Positions 49,370 through 59,040 of a stretch of 64,000 nt of DNA are shown here, in pieces. The notes beneath the pieces were generated by a model. That model was not told the origin of the DNA. It was given only the letters and a program-made list of their open reading frames with translations, and searched no databases. The stretch covers positions 576,001 to 640,000 of the forward strand of contig CAWCRS010000005.1 of the NCBI GenBank assembly GCA_963798085.1, written 5' to 3'. Origin of the DNA: an uncultured Gemmatimonadales bacterium (GTDB lineage Bacteria; Gemmatimonadota; Gemmatimonadetes; Longimicrobiales; RSA9). The position numbers and the translations under genes are program-made. The number at the start of each line of letters is the position of its first letter. The first letter of the stretch is position 1.

Positions 49370-52062
49370 GCGCCACGCAGAGGCTGCTGCGGCTGGCGCT
49401 GCGCGTGTATCCGCGTGCGTTGCGCGAAGGCGGTGGTGACGAGCTGCTGGACGCGTACACGCGCATGCTGGAACTGTCGCGTGCGCGGGGCGAGACACAC
49501 GTCCGGACAATGGCGCACTTGCTGTACGACTGTCTGCGTGGTGGTCTGGTGTTGCGGATGCGGCCTCGCCTGCGGCGCGCGCTGCTCGAGGGTGGCGCCT
49601 GGGAAGCGAGCAATGACATGTCTGGTTCGTGGCGCGCGCAGCGGCGCCGGCGGAGGCCTTCAATGATGGGTTCGATTGCGACGGATGTGAAACTGGGGCT
49701 GCGCAGTATGACGAGGCAGCCCCTGTTCGCGCTGATGGCGGTGCTGACACTGGCGCTCGGTATCGGCGCCAACACGGCCATCTTCAGCATGGTCTACGGC
49801 CTGCTGCTGCGGCCGCTGCCGTATGCGGACGGCGATCGGCTGGTGAACATCTGGTCGGCGAATCACGACCTCGGCTGGACGCACACGGATGCGTCGCTGG
49901 CTGATGCGTGGGACTGGAAGCAGCGCACGCATGCATTCGAGTCGCTGGCCGTGGTGGAGCGGGCGTCACTGAACCTTTCGGGTGTCGAGCGACCGGAGCG
50001 CCTGGAGGCAATGCGGGTCACGGCGGACCTGTTGCATGTGTTCCGGGTGCAGCCCGCGCAGGGTCGCGATTTCGCGGAAAGCGACATGCAGCCGGGTGCA
50101 CCGGGCGTCGCGCTCCTGTCGTGGGCGTTTTTCCAGCGACGTTTCGGCGGTGATGCATCGCTGGCGGGGCGCGTGATCCAGCTGAGCGGCGAGCCGTTCA
50201 CGGTGATCGGTGTGTTGCCCGCAAACTTCGTGTATCCCGAGGGCGCACCGGAGTTGTTCACGGCATTGCGCGAGATTCCGGCGGAGGCGAGGCGAAGCGA
50301 TCACTCACACGTGGTGTTCGCACGGCTGCTGCCGGGTGTAAGCGTGGAGCAGGCCAGCCGCGAGGTCAGTGCGGTATCCGCAGCACTGGCGGCGTCGTTT
50401 CCCGAGACGAACCGTGGTTTCACGTCGTATGCGGTCACGGTGCGCTCGGATCTGCTGGGCGAAGTGGGCCGCCAGGCGGCGCTGGTGCTGATGGTGGCGG
50501 TGACGTTCGTGCTGCTGATGGCCTGCGTGAACGTGGCTAACCTGCTGCTTGCGCGCGCCAACGGACGGCGGCGCGAGCTGGCGGTGCGGGTGGCGCTGGG
50601 CGCGCGACGAACGCGCGTGCTGCGCCAGCTGCTCACGGAGAGCCTGGTACTCGCGCTGGCAGGCGGGGCGGTGGGTGTGCTGCTCTCCATCGCCGGGGTA
50701 CGCGCGATCGCGGCGGCAATGCCGGCGGAGGTGTCACCGGTGTTCCATTTCCGCGTGGATGCGGCCGCGCTGTGGTTCGCACTGGGTGCTTCGCTGGCGG
50801 CGACACTGCTGTTCGGCCTGCTGCCCGCGCTGCGCGCCTCGTCGGCCAGCGGCCGCGAGCTGCGCGATGAGGGCCGCGCCGGCGAGGGCCGCAAGGCCCG
50901 GCGCTTCGGCGGCACGCTGGTGGTGGTGCAGACCGGACTCGCCGTGGTGCTGCTCGTGGGTGGCGGTGTGATGATGCGCAGCGTGGTCGGCATGCAGCGA
51001 CAGGATCCGGGCTACGATGCGGGGCACGTGCTCACACTGCGCATGACGCCGCCGGAGTCGAAGTATGCGAATGCGGCCGCGCTGAACCAGTTGTACGATC
51101 GCGTGCTGGAGCAGGTGCGTGCGCTGCCGGGTGTGCAGGCGGCGGGCACCATCCAGAGCCTGCCGGTGCGCGGCTCGAACAATGTGAACACGTTCACGGT
51201 GAGAGGCGATCTCTCGCCGCGTGCCAATGGGTACGCCGCGCGCATGGGCTACCTCTCGCCGGGCTACCTCGAGGCGATGCGGGTGCGCGTGTTGCGCGGC
51301 CGCGCGCTCACCGGATCCGACAACGCACGCACGGCGAGGGTGGCGCTGGTGAACGAGACACTGGCGCGCCAGCGTTTCCGCGAAACGGATCCAGTGGGCC
51401 GCACGCTGATCGTGAATGATTCCGCGTGGACCATCGTCGGCATTGTGGCGGACATGCGCGAGCGTTCACCCACACGGGCGCCCGAGCCGTCGATCTATCT
51501 GCCGGTGGCGCAGGCCGCCACGCGCTCGCGCAGTCTGGCGATCCGCACGAGCGGCGATCCGCTCGCGCTGGCGGAAGCGGCGCAGCGTGCAGTGTGGTCG
51601 GTCGATGCGGATCAGCCGGTGTTCGAGGTACAGCCCATGCAGGCGCTGATCGATACGCGGGTTGCGCCGTTCCGGCTGATCGCGGCGTTGATGCTGGCGT
51701 TCGCAGCCGTATCGCTGACACTGGGCGCCGTGGGCATCTACGGCGTGACGGCGTACGGTACGGGCCGGCGCGTGCACGAGATCGGCATCCGCATGGCCAT
51801 GGGAGCGGAGCAGACGCGCGTGGTGCGCATGATCGTGCGTGAAGGCATGGTGCGCGCGCTGCTGGGCATTGTTGCGGGCGTGGCACTGGCACTGCCGCTT
51901 TCGTCCGCACTGAAGAGCATGCTCGTGGGTGTGAGCCCGACGGACCCGGTCACGTTCGGCAGCGTCGTCGCCTTGCTCGTACTGGTCACCTTCCTGGGCG
52001 CGTGGCTGCCGGCGCGCAGGGCGGCGAGGCTGGATCCGGTGCGCGCGCTGACGCACGAGTGA
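49366..52062 (+). CDS. ADOP-type duplicated MacB/FtsX permease with N-terminal extension
   Basis: N-terminal LRVYP prefix; TLALGIGANTAIFS, ACVNVANLLLAR, EIGIRMAMGA, LDPVRAL. Confidence 0.93.
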   Translation: MSATQRLLRLALRVYPRALREGGGDELLDAYTRMLELSRARGETHVRTMAHLLYDCLRGGLVLRMRPRLRRALLEGGAWEASNDMSGSWRAQRRRRRPSMMGSIATDVKLGLRSMTRQPLFALMAVLTLALGIGANTAIFSMVYGLLLRPLPYADGDRLVNIWSANHDLGWTHTDASLADAWDWKQRTHAFESLAVVERASLNLSGVERPERLEAMRVTADLLHVFRVQPAQGRDFAESDMQPGAPGVALLSWAFFQRRFGGDASLAGRVIQLSGEPFTVIGVLPANFVYPEGAPELFTALREIPAEARRSDHSHVVFARLLPGVSVEQASREVSAVSAALAASFPETNRGFTSYAVTVRSDLLGEVGRQAALVLMVAVTFVLLMACVNVANLLLARANGRRRELAVRVALGARRTRVLRQLLTESLVLALAGGAVGVLLSIAGVRAIAAAMPAEVSPVFHFRVDAAALWFALGASLAATLLFGLLPALRASSASGRELRDEGRAGEGRKARRFGGTLVVVQTGLAVVLLVGGGVMMRSVVGMQRQDPGYDAGHVLTLRMTPPESKYANAAALNQLYDRVLEQVRALPGVQAAGTIQSLPVRGSNNVNTFTVRGDLSPRANGYAARMGYLSPGYLEAMRVRVLRGRALTGSDNARTARVALVNETLARQRFRETDPVGRTLIVNDSAWTIVGIVADMRERSPTRAPEPSIYLPVAQAATRSRSLAIRTSGDPLALAEAAQRAVWSVDADQPVFEVQPMQALIDTRVAPFRLIAALMLAFAAVSLTLGAVGIYGVTAYGTGRRVHEIGIRMAMGAEQTRVVRMIVREGMVRALLGIVAGVALALPLSSALKSMLVGVSPTDPVTFGSVVALLVLVTFLGAWLPARRAARLDPVRALTHE

Positions 52063-52226
52063 TGGCGCCGGCGCGGTGAATCGAGGGCCGGGCACGCCCG
52101 GACAGCAGTCGTGATGCGCGGCCCGGCCCGCCGCTTTGCGTGCGCTGCGACGGACCCATAGCATCCACGCCTCGGCGCAGCGAGCGTGGGTGCAACCAGC
52201 GAGGTCCGTCTGCAGCGAGCCGCAGT

Positions 52227-53840
52227 GTGAGCGAGAAGCGAGTCGGGCGCTGGCGCCGGGCCGCGGTTACGGGTGCGGTGCAGCGCTGGCTGGCGCAGCG
52301 CGACCGTGCGTCCTGGGTGATCTCGCGTGCCCTGTTCCTGCGACTGCTGGGCTTCGTCTACCTCGTCGCGTTCGTGTCGCTTGCCGTGCAGATCACGGGA
52401 CTCGTGGGCGAGCACGGCATTCTCCCGATCGGCCGGTTCCTGCAGGCAGCGCACGACTATTATGGTTCGCGCGTGTACCCGGTCGTGCCGACGGTGCTGT
52501 GGATTGCGCACAGCGATGCCATGCTGCTCGTCGTGTGCTGGGCGGGCGCCGCCGCGGGCGCCGTGGTCGCGGCCGGCATCGCGCCGCTGCCGCTGCTGAC
52601 GCTGGCGTGGCTGCTCTATCTCTCGATCAGCGTGGCGGGTCAGACGTTTCTCAATTTCCAGTGGGACGGCCTGCTGCTGGAAACCGGGTTTCTGGCCCTG
52701 CTGTACGCCCCCACCGGCTGGCGCGCGCGCTGGTGGCGCGAGCCAGCTTCGCCCGCGGCGCGCTGGCTCATCTGGTTCCTGCTGTTCCGCCTGATGTTCC
52801 TGTCCGGCATCACCAAGCTGCTCAGCGGTGACCCGACGTGGCGCAATCTCACGGCGCTGAACTACCACTACTTCACGCAGCCCCTGCCCACGCCGGCGGC
52901 GTGGTACGCGGCGCAGCTGCCGCAGGCCTGGCAGAAGGCGAGCACGCTGTTCGTCTATTGCGTCGAGCTGGTGGCGCCCTGGTTCGTGCTGGCACCGCTG
53001 CGGGGGTCGCTGGCCCGGCGAACGGCCTGCGCGCTGCTCATCGGGCTGCAGCTGGTCATCGCGCTAACGGGCAATTACGGTTTCTTCAATCTGCTGACGC
53101 TGGTGTTGTGCGCCGCTGCGCTGGATGACGAGCTGCTGCTGCGACTCGCGCCGCAGCGCCTGCGCCGGCGGCTGGCGGCGCTGGTGCAGCCGGGGGCAGC
53201 GGCGCCGCCGGCGGCAGACACGCCCGCAGCCCTGACGCCGCTGCGTTCCGCCTCGCCTGCGCGCAGCAGCACGAGCAAGCGCATGCTGGCGGGCGTGCTG
53301 GCGGCGCTGGCAACCGTCACGCTGGTGCGGGAGATGGTGGCAACGGCCAGCGGTGCTGTGCCGCCGTGGATCAACTCCGTGCTCTCGCCGGTGGCGCCGT
53401 TCCGCTCGATCAACGGCTACGGGCTGTTCCGTGTGATGACGACGCAGCGTCCGGAGATCGTGATGGAGGGCAGTCGCGACACCGTGACGTGGCAGGCCTA
53501 CGAGTTCCGATTCAAGCCGGGCGCGCCGCAGCGGCCGCCTCGCCTGATCGAGCCGTACATGCCGCGGCTCGACTGGCAGATGTGGTTCGGCGCACTCGAT
53601 CCGCGCGGCAACGGCAGCTGGCTGGCGCCATTCATGGAGCGCGTGCTGGAGGGCTCACCGGCGGTGCTGCGGCTGCTGGCGCGCAATCCCTTTCCGGACG
53701 CGCCGCCGCAGTATCTGCGACTCGTGCTGTACCGCTACCGCTTCAGCACGCGGGCGGAACGGCGGGCGAGCGGCGCGTGGTGGCAGCGCGAGCTGCTGGG
53801 CACGCTGACGGCGCCGCTCACGCTCGAGCAGCTGCGCTGA
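52227..53840 (+). CDS. Lipase maturation factor (LMF) family membrane protein
   Basis: GQTFLNFQWDGLLLETGF, FRLMFLSG, TQPLP, TGNYGFFN, YGLFRVMT, RLDWQMWF; start uncertain. Confidence 0.9.
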   Translation: MSEKRVGRWRRAAVTGAVQRWLAQRDRASWVISRALFLRLLGFVYLVAFVSLAVQITGLVGEHGILPIGRFLQAAHDYYGSRVYPVVPTVLWIAHSDAMLLVVCWAGAAAGAVVAAGIAPLPLLTLAWLLYLSISVAGQTFLNFQWDGLLLETGFLALLYAPTGWRARWWREPASPAARWLIWFLLFRLMFLSGITKLLSGDPTWRNLTALNYHYFTQPLPTPAAWYAAQLPQAWQKASTLFVYCVELVAPWFVLAPLRGSLARRTACALLIGLQLVIALTGNYGFFNLLTLVLCAAALDDELLLRLAPQRLRRRLAALVQPGAAAPPAADTPAALTPLRSASPARSSTSKRMLAGVLAALATVTLVREMVATASGAVPPWINSVLSPVAPFRSINGYGLFRVMTTQRPEIVMEGSRDTVTWQAYEFRFKPGAPQRPPRLIEPYMPRLDWQMWFGALDPRGNGSWLAPFMERVLEGSPAVLRLLARNPFPDAPPQYLRLVLYRYRFSTRAERRASGAWWQRELLGTLTAPLTLEQLR

Positions 53841-53876
53841 ACGTGACGCGCGCTGGCCGCGGAGCGGGAGTCCGCG

Positions 53877-55457
53877 TCAGCGAGCGGGCGCGCGCGAGGC
53901 GCCCATGATCAGCACGCGATCCGCCGTGATCTGGTAGCTCGTGGCGCCGCCGGGAATGCCGGTGGGCGGTGTGTCGCTTCCCAGCTTCAGCGTTCCGCTG
54001 AACGAGCCATCCTCGGCCATTGTGCCTGTGAAGGCCACGGGGACGCCCGCATACCCGGCAACGGTACCGGTGGCGGTGGCGGTGAAGGTGCCGTCGGCGT
54101 GCAGCGGCCCGGCCACGGAAACCCAGGGCGCGGGACCGGTGAACGTGATCAGGGGATCATCCGTGCTGGAAGGCGCGGGCAGCACCACGGTGGCTCGCAA
54201 CACCGCGTTAGCAGGCAATCCGATCAGGGGCGCGTTGGCAAACGGGTCCGTGGTGACGGCCAGCGTCGAGTTGAAGGTGGCGTACCAGTTGTCGAGCCGC
54301 ATGACGGCCGTGATCATGGCGACATCGCCGCCGACCAGGTGCACGTACCAGCTGCGCTGCACGGGTCGATAGGTCTCGATGCGATTGGTCTCACCGTTGG
54401 CGAAGTCCGGCAGATCCGGCACATCGAGGGAGTAGTCGCCGGGCGTGTGGTAGTCCGCCACCGGCAGCGTGATCGGCGTGTTGATGACGCCCATGGAGAG
54501 CGTGGCGCCCATGTGCACGCCTTCGGGCAGACCCGTGATGTCGAGCACCAGGAATCCCGCCTGCGCATCGAAGTCCACGACCAGGGGCACATCGAAGCCC
54601 GGAGCCACGGTAAACGTGCCTGCGAAGCTGCGCGGCACCCACCAGAAGCCGTTCGGGTCCACCTCGTAGGTCTGCCAGTTGTAGCCGCCGGGCTCTACCG
54701 CGAAGCTCTGTTTCGCTTCGGTGAATTCGTACGCGGGACCGGTTCCGGGGAATAGTTTGAGCCAGCTGCCCACCGTGGACGGAGGGACGCCCTGCGCCAC
54801 GAAGTCGACCTGTCCCGTCTGCCGATTGTACTGGAAGGCACGCTGCACGCTGTCGTTCTTCTGCAGATCGAACGCGCCGGTGGGTGCGACTCCGGCCCAG
54901 CAATGCTGCAGCGGGCCACCCGTCACATCATTGATGTGCCAGTTCCAGGTGCCCGCCGGCAGATCCTGCAGCGTCGTCGAGGCCGTGATCTTGTGGGTCG
55001 TGTTAGCGGGACCCGTGAGATCGATGTCGGCGTCCACGCCGCTGGCGAGCCCGTTGACTTCCACCACGAGCACGGCCGTGCTGCGCAGCAGCTGGATCTG
55101 GCGTGAAGCCGTGAATTCCGTGCCCGAGCCGGCGCGCACGGTGAGCGTTCCGGTGCCGAGCTGACTCCCGGCCACCTGTACGCTCGCGCCGCTGGCCGAG
55201 CCCACGATGCTGAGAGGAGCGCCGGCCTCCCAGGCGAACGTGGTGGGACAGTTCGCGCCGCTGGATGACCAGTGCGCGGTCGCGGTGAACGGTTCGTTCG
55301 TGTAGAAGAGCGAATTCGCCACGGAAATGGCCAGCGAATCGAGGCAGCCGGCCTGGTCGCTGGAGCACGCGGTGCAAGCGACGACGAGTGCGGCGGTGGC
55401 GCCAGCCAGCTCGAGTACGCGACGACGCGAAATCGGAAGAGGTGTAACGCGGAACAC
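53877..55457 (-). CDS. Beta-sandwich repeat lipoprotein (possible Tat lipoprotein)
   Basis: AGGAGG before GTG 55457; SRRRVL leader and CTAC lipobox; three repeats LVVEVNGLASG / VDFVAQGVPPS / LVLDITGLPEG. Confidence 0.7.
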   Translation of the reverse strand: MFRVTPLPISRRRVLELAGATAALVVACTACSSDQAGCLDSLAISVANSLFYTNEPFTATAHWSSSGANCPTTFAWEAGAPLSIVGSASGASVQVAGSQLGTGTLTVRAGSGTEFTASRQIQLLRSTAVLVVEVNGLASGVDADIDLTGPANTTHKITASTTLQDLPAGTWNWHINDVTGGPLQHCWAGVAPTGAFDLQKNDSVQRAFQYNRQTGQVDFVAQGVPPSTVGSWLKLFPGTGPAYEFTEAKQSFAVEPGGYNWQTYEVDPNGFWWVPRSFAGTFTVAPGFDVPLVVDFDAQAGFLVLDITGLPEGVHMGATLSMGVINTPITLPVADYHTPGDYSLDVPDLPDFANGETNRIETYRPVQRSWYVHLVGGDVAMITAVMRLDNWYATFNSTLAVTTDPFANAPLIGLPANAVLRATVVLPAPSSTDDPLITFTGPAPWVSVAGPLHADGTFTATATGTVAGYAGVPVAFTGTMAEDGSFSGTLKLGSDTPPTGIPGGATSYQITADRVLIMGASRAPAR

Positions 55458-55549
55458 GATCCTGCCTCCTGCTGCCGGGGTTACGCCCGCCCGGGCGGAC
55501 GCAGAAGATGGCAGCGGGCAGGAGCGACCGTCAACCACGGGCACACGCT

Positions 55550-56050
55550 TCAGTCCCCGGTGTCAGCCTCCAGCTCGGCGGTGAATCCGAAGAGTGCCGC
55601 GGGATCACGGAAATTGTCGGGATTGGAGACTTCCTGGATCCACTGCTCGTAGTAGTAGCCATCCTGATTGGACGGCCGCTCGGGCCGAAGCCAGAAGTTC
55701 AGCTCGTGCGACAGCTTCTCCTCCAGCTCGATCTTCTGGTCCGGCGAATACACGGAATACAGCTCGAGACCCGCGGGGCTGATCGCGACCCGCCACGCGC
55801 GGTACAGCCCTTTGCCGTCGGGCGACTCATAGCGCACGTGGAAGCCGTATTCCGCGATCATGCCGCCCGGCGCGCGTGGTAGCGCACGCAACGCGGTCTG
55901 CAGTTTCGTGACGGCCTTGCGCTGCGCGCGCGACACGCCGGATTGGGCGAGGATCCAGTCACCAAGACGAAGTGCTGCCTGGATGAGCGGCTCGTCCGCC
56001 GGACGCAGCGCGTAGTGGGACGGCGCTGCGCGGGGATTGTCGCGTTTCAC
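55550..56050 (-). CDS. Hypothetical cytoplasmic protein
   Basis: Protein-like composition; fills the operon gap; no recognisable motif. Confidence 0.6.
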   Translation of the reverse strand: MKRDNPRAAPSHYALRPADEPLIQAALRLGDWILAQSGVSRAQRKAVTKLQTALRALPRAPGGMIAEYGFHVRYESPDGKGLYRAWRVAISPAGLELYSVYSPDQKIELEEKLSHELNFWLRPERPSNQDGYYYEQWIQEVSNPDNFRDPAALFGFTAELEADTGD

Positions 56051-56062
56051 CTGCCATGCCCT

Positions 56063-57886
56063 CTACTTCTGGAAGCGAACGATCGCGCCTCTGACCGTGC
56101 CCTCGGCATTGGAAGCCACGGCGCGGTACCAGTGCGCCAGTTCCGAGAGCACCGGCGTAAGGATGAAGGAGAAGGGTTGGGGCGCAAGGCCTGAACCGAT
56201 GACCTGCGCGGGCGTGGTGGCAAAGGTCGCGAATGTCGAGTCGGCGCTCCACTCGAACCAGACCGTGGTGGGCAGGCCGTTGGGGTTGGCCGTCCCGTTC
56301 AGCGTGGCCGTACCCTTGGCGAGATTGGTTGCCGCGTCCGTCGTGATGGCGGGCACCATGCCCGAGGGCGGCGGCGGCCGAATCGCGAAGCTGAGAATGG
56401 CGCCGAAAGCACCACCGGTGGCGCTGCGACCCACGATGCGATAGTAGATCGTCACGCCGGTCGGCGGCGCAGGAATGATGGCGCTGACATTGAGCGGGGC
56501 GGCGCCATTGAACGTCTGCGCGGCTGTGGAATCATAGCTCTGCAGTGAGGGATCCGTGCCCCACTGGAACCACACCTGCGTCGGCGAGTTGTTGGGGTTC
56601 ACGATGCCGGGCAGCGACGCGATCGTGCCCGGTGACACGCTGGTGGGCAGCGTCATCACCGTGGGCAGCACGGGCGGAATGATGAACGTGATCGTGTCGC
56701 TTATCGTCGTGCCGGCCGCATTGGTGGCGACGATGCGCGCGACGTACCGCGTGTTTGGAAGCAGTCCCTGCAGTGCAGCCGACATGGGAATCGAGCCGAG
56801 GCCGCTGCCCAGGTTCTGCCGCGCTGTGAGTGCCGACGGCGTGGGCACGACGCTCGTGCCCCATTCGAACCAGGCCGCCGTGATGGCGCCGTTGGGAATC
56901 ACGCTCGCCTGCAGCGTGGCCATGCCGGAACCGATGTTGGTGACGCGCAGGCTGTCCGTCGCGGGCGCTATGGGGATGCCCGTGGCCGTAACCTGGCCGT
57001 GCGCGCTGCCGCTGGTCGCGCCAATCTGCACACTGCCGATACCCACGATGTGCGCGACACCATGCTCATCGATCTGCAGCACACTCGGATCGGATGATGT
57101 CCACGACACGGGCCGCCCCGTGATGACATTGCCGCGTCGATCGACGAGGACGGCGCTGTACTGCCGCGTGCTGCCGAGCGGTGTGGAAGCCCCCGGCGGA
57201 TCGACCGTGATGCCGAGGGCATCGGCGAAGACGCGCACGATGGTCGTGTCCGCGAACGCGCCCGCGCTCACCACGACATGCGCATCGCCATCCGCGCGCG
57301 CCACCGTGAGACCGCTGGTGTCGACCGTGGCGACGGCCGGGTCCAGGCTGACCCATTGCAGACCGACACCGTCGATGGTGTCACCCGTGGCGAACAGGGC
57401 GGCGCCCTGCAGGCGCAGGCTGTCGCCATAGGCGGGGATGGTGGCGAGTCCGTGCGGCGCGCGCACGGCCGCCACGACGGGCGCAAGTGAAGCATTCACC
57501 GAAGTGGTACGACCGATGCGCAGCACCGCCGGCTGCGTGCCGCGGAACAGGGCCGCGCTGCCGCGCTGCACTTCCACGTCGAGTGAAAGCGTCTCCGTCA
57601 GCTTGTGCAGGCTCACGACGAGCTGCTCGCGCGTCGCCGTGTCGGCAGGCTGGAAACCCACCTGCGATTCCTTGCGCGTGCTGGCGGCATCGCGGAAGCG
57701 CATTAACAGCTGGTTAGACTTCAGAAACGCCTGGCGCGCGCCATCGCCGCTGGCGGCGATGGACCAGCTGAGCGCCACGTCCGCCGGCTGCGCCAGCGCG
57801 GGCGCCTCGACCGGCGCATTGTCACAGGCCGGCTGCGACAGCAGCACGCCACCCACCACGACCGCAAGAACACGCCGCCACGTCAT
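56063..57886 (-). CDS. Surface lipoprotein with two Big_2 Ig-like domains and three FN3-like repeats
   Basis: QPAC leader; WVSLDPAVATVD, WTSSDPSVLQID; PNGAITAAWFEWG / PNNSPTQVWFQWG / PNGLPTTVWFEWS. Confidence 0.82.
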   Translation of the reverse strand: MTWRRVLAVVVGGVLLSQPACDNAPVEAPALAQPADVALSWSIAASGDGARQAFLKSNQLLMRFRDAASTRKESQVGFQPADTATREQLVVSLHKLTETLSLDVEVQRGSAALFRGTQPAVLRIGRTTSVNASLAPVVAAVRAPHGLATIPAYGDSLRLQGAALFATGDTIDGVGLQWVSLDPAVATVDTSGLTVARADGDAHVVVSAGAFADTTIVRVFADALGITVDPPGASTPLGSTRQYSAVLVDRRGNVITGRPVSWTSSDPSVLQIDEHGVAHIVGIGSVQIGATSGSAHGQVTATGIPIAPATDSLRVTNIGSGMATLQASVIPNGAITAAWFEWGTSVVPTPSALTARQNLGSGLGSIPMSAALQGLLPNTRYVARIVATNAAGTTISDTITFIIPPVLPTVMTLPTSVSPGTIASLPGIVNPNNSPTQVWFQWGTDPSLQSYDSTAAQTFNGAAPLNVSAIIPAPPTGVTIYYRIVGRSATGGAFGAILSFAIRPPPPSGMVPAITTDAATNLAKGTATLNGTANPNGLPTTVWFEWSADSTFATFATTPAQVIGSGLAPQPFSFILTPVLSELAHWYRAVASNAEGTVRGAIVRFQK

Positions 57887-59040
57887 CGGACCACCGTACC
57901 GTTGAAACGGATGGAAAGCGAAAGATCGGCACCTGTGTAATGGCTTTCGCCGCCGGCGCTCGATTCCGCGCGCCCGAAGCGGAAGTGCGCGCCGGGCACC
58001 AGCGTGAGCGTGCGCGTGGGCAGCTCGAGTTCGCTGCCCAGGCCGGCCGTGAAACCACGCCGGTCCGCGCCGTCGGAATGAAGAACGCGCAGATCGGCGG
58101 ACGGCACCAGCACCGCCCGGCCTATCGGCGAGCGTATGCCGCCACCCGCGTACAGCAGTCGCTGTGCAGGCAGCAACTCCGGCGGCTGCATGAACTCACC
58201 CGAGTCGCGCCGCAGCCAGCCCAGGTAGAGAATTGCGCTGGAGCGCGCGATCGCGAAATCGAAGTTACCAACCACCTGCAGGCGATTCCCGGTCTGGAAG
58301 AGATTCTGGCCGTCGCCTTCATCGGCGTTGTAGCGCTGCCAGCCCACGCTCAGGGATGCCTTGGCCGCGGAGCCGAGCGTGCGATCGATGGCCGCGCGCA
58401 GCTGCAGCTGATTGCCCGGACGATAGTCGAACACATCGCCGGCCAGCGGATGGAAGGAACGCGAGAGCACGTAACCCGCGCTCACGCCTGCGGCGAAGCC
58501 CGCGAAGGGCCGCGTGACCGCCACACTCATGCCCGCACCGCCGCCGGTGCCCCAGTTGCTGATCCGGAACGGCAGCAGATCCGCCGCCACCGTGCCCGCC
58601 GCCAGGATCTCGTCGAAGGACAGCGAACGCTTGCCCGTGGGCAGCACGACAATCCCCGTGAGCGACGCCATGCCATGGCCGAACGCAAGGCGGGCGCTCG
58701 CTTCCGTGTCGGTGAGCCCCGAGAGCGTGCCCACGGTACCATCCGCCTGCTCCAGCGAGGCGCGCGCATACGCACCCGACAAACTCAGTGTCAGGCCGGG
58801 GCGCACGTCGGTGCGCAGCCCGAACGGCACAGTGAGCAGCGATACCGAGCGGATATCGAGCGCCTCCGGTGTCTTGAACGAATACGACTCATAGGTGACG
58901 CCCGTCCCGAAACGCGGGAGCGTGGCCTGCGCAGACAGCAGGCCGGGCGCGAAGAACGCCGCGAGCAGTGTCGCCTGAAATACGAGGGCGCGCGCGGCAC
59001 GGCTCCGCATACGCGAGGGCATGACCAGGGGCGGCCTCAT
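57883..59040 (-). CDS. Outer-membrane beta-barrel protein
   Basis: Signal peptide; LSGLTDT, VVLPTGK, GTGGGAG, PGNQLQLR; alternating strands ending LSLSIRF. Confidence 0.7.
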   Translation of the reverse strand: MRPPLVMPSRMRSRAARALVFQATLLAAFFAPGLLSAQATLPRFGTGVTYESYSFKTPEALDIRSVSLLTVPFGLRTDVRPGLTLSLSGAYARASLEQADGTVGTLSGLTDTEASARLAFGHGMASLTGIVVLPTGKRSLSFDEILAAGTVAADLLPFRISNWGTGGGAGMSVAVTRPFAGFAAGVSAGYVLSRSFHPLAGDVFDYRPGNQLQLRAAIDRTLGSAAKASLSVGWQRYNADEGDGQNLFQTGNRLQVVGNFDFAIARSSAILYLGWLRRDSGEFMQPPELLPAQRLLYAGGGIRSPIGRAVLVPSADLRVLHSDGADRRGFTAGLGSELELPTRTLTLVPGAHFRFGRAESSAGGESHYTGADLSLSIRFNGTVVR

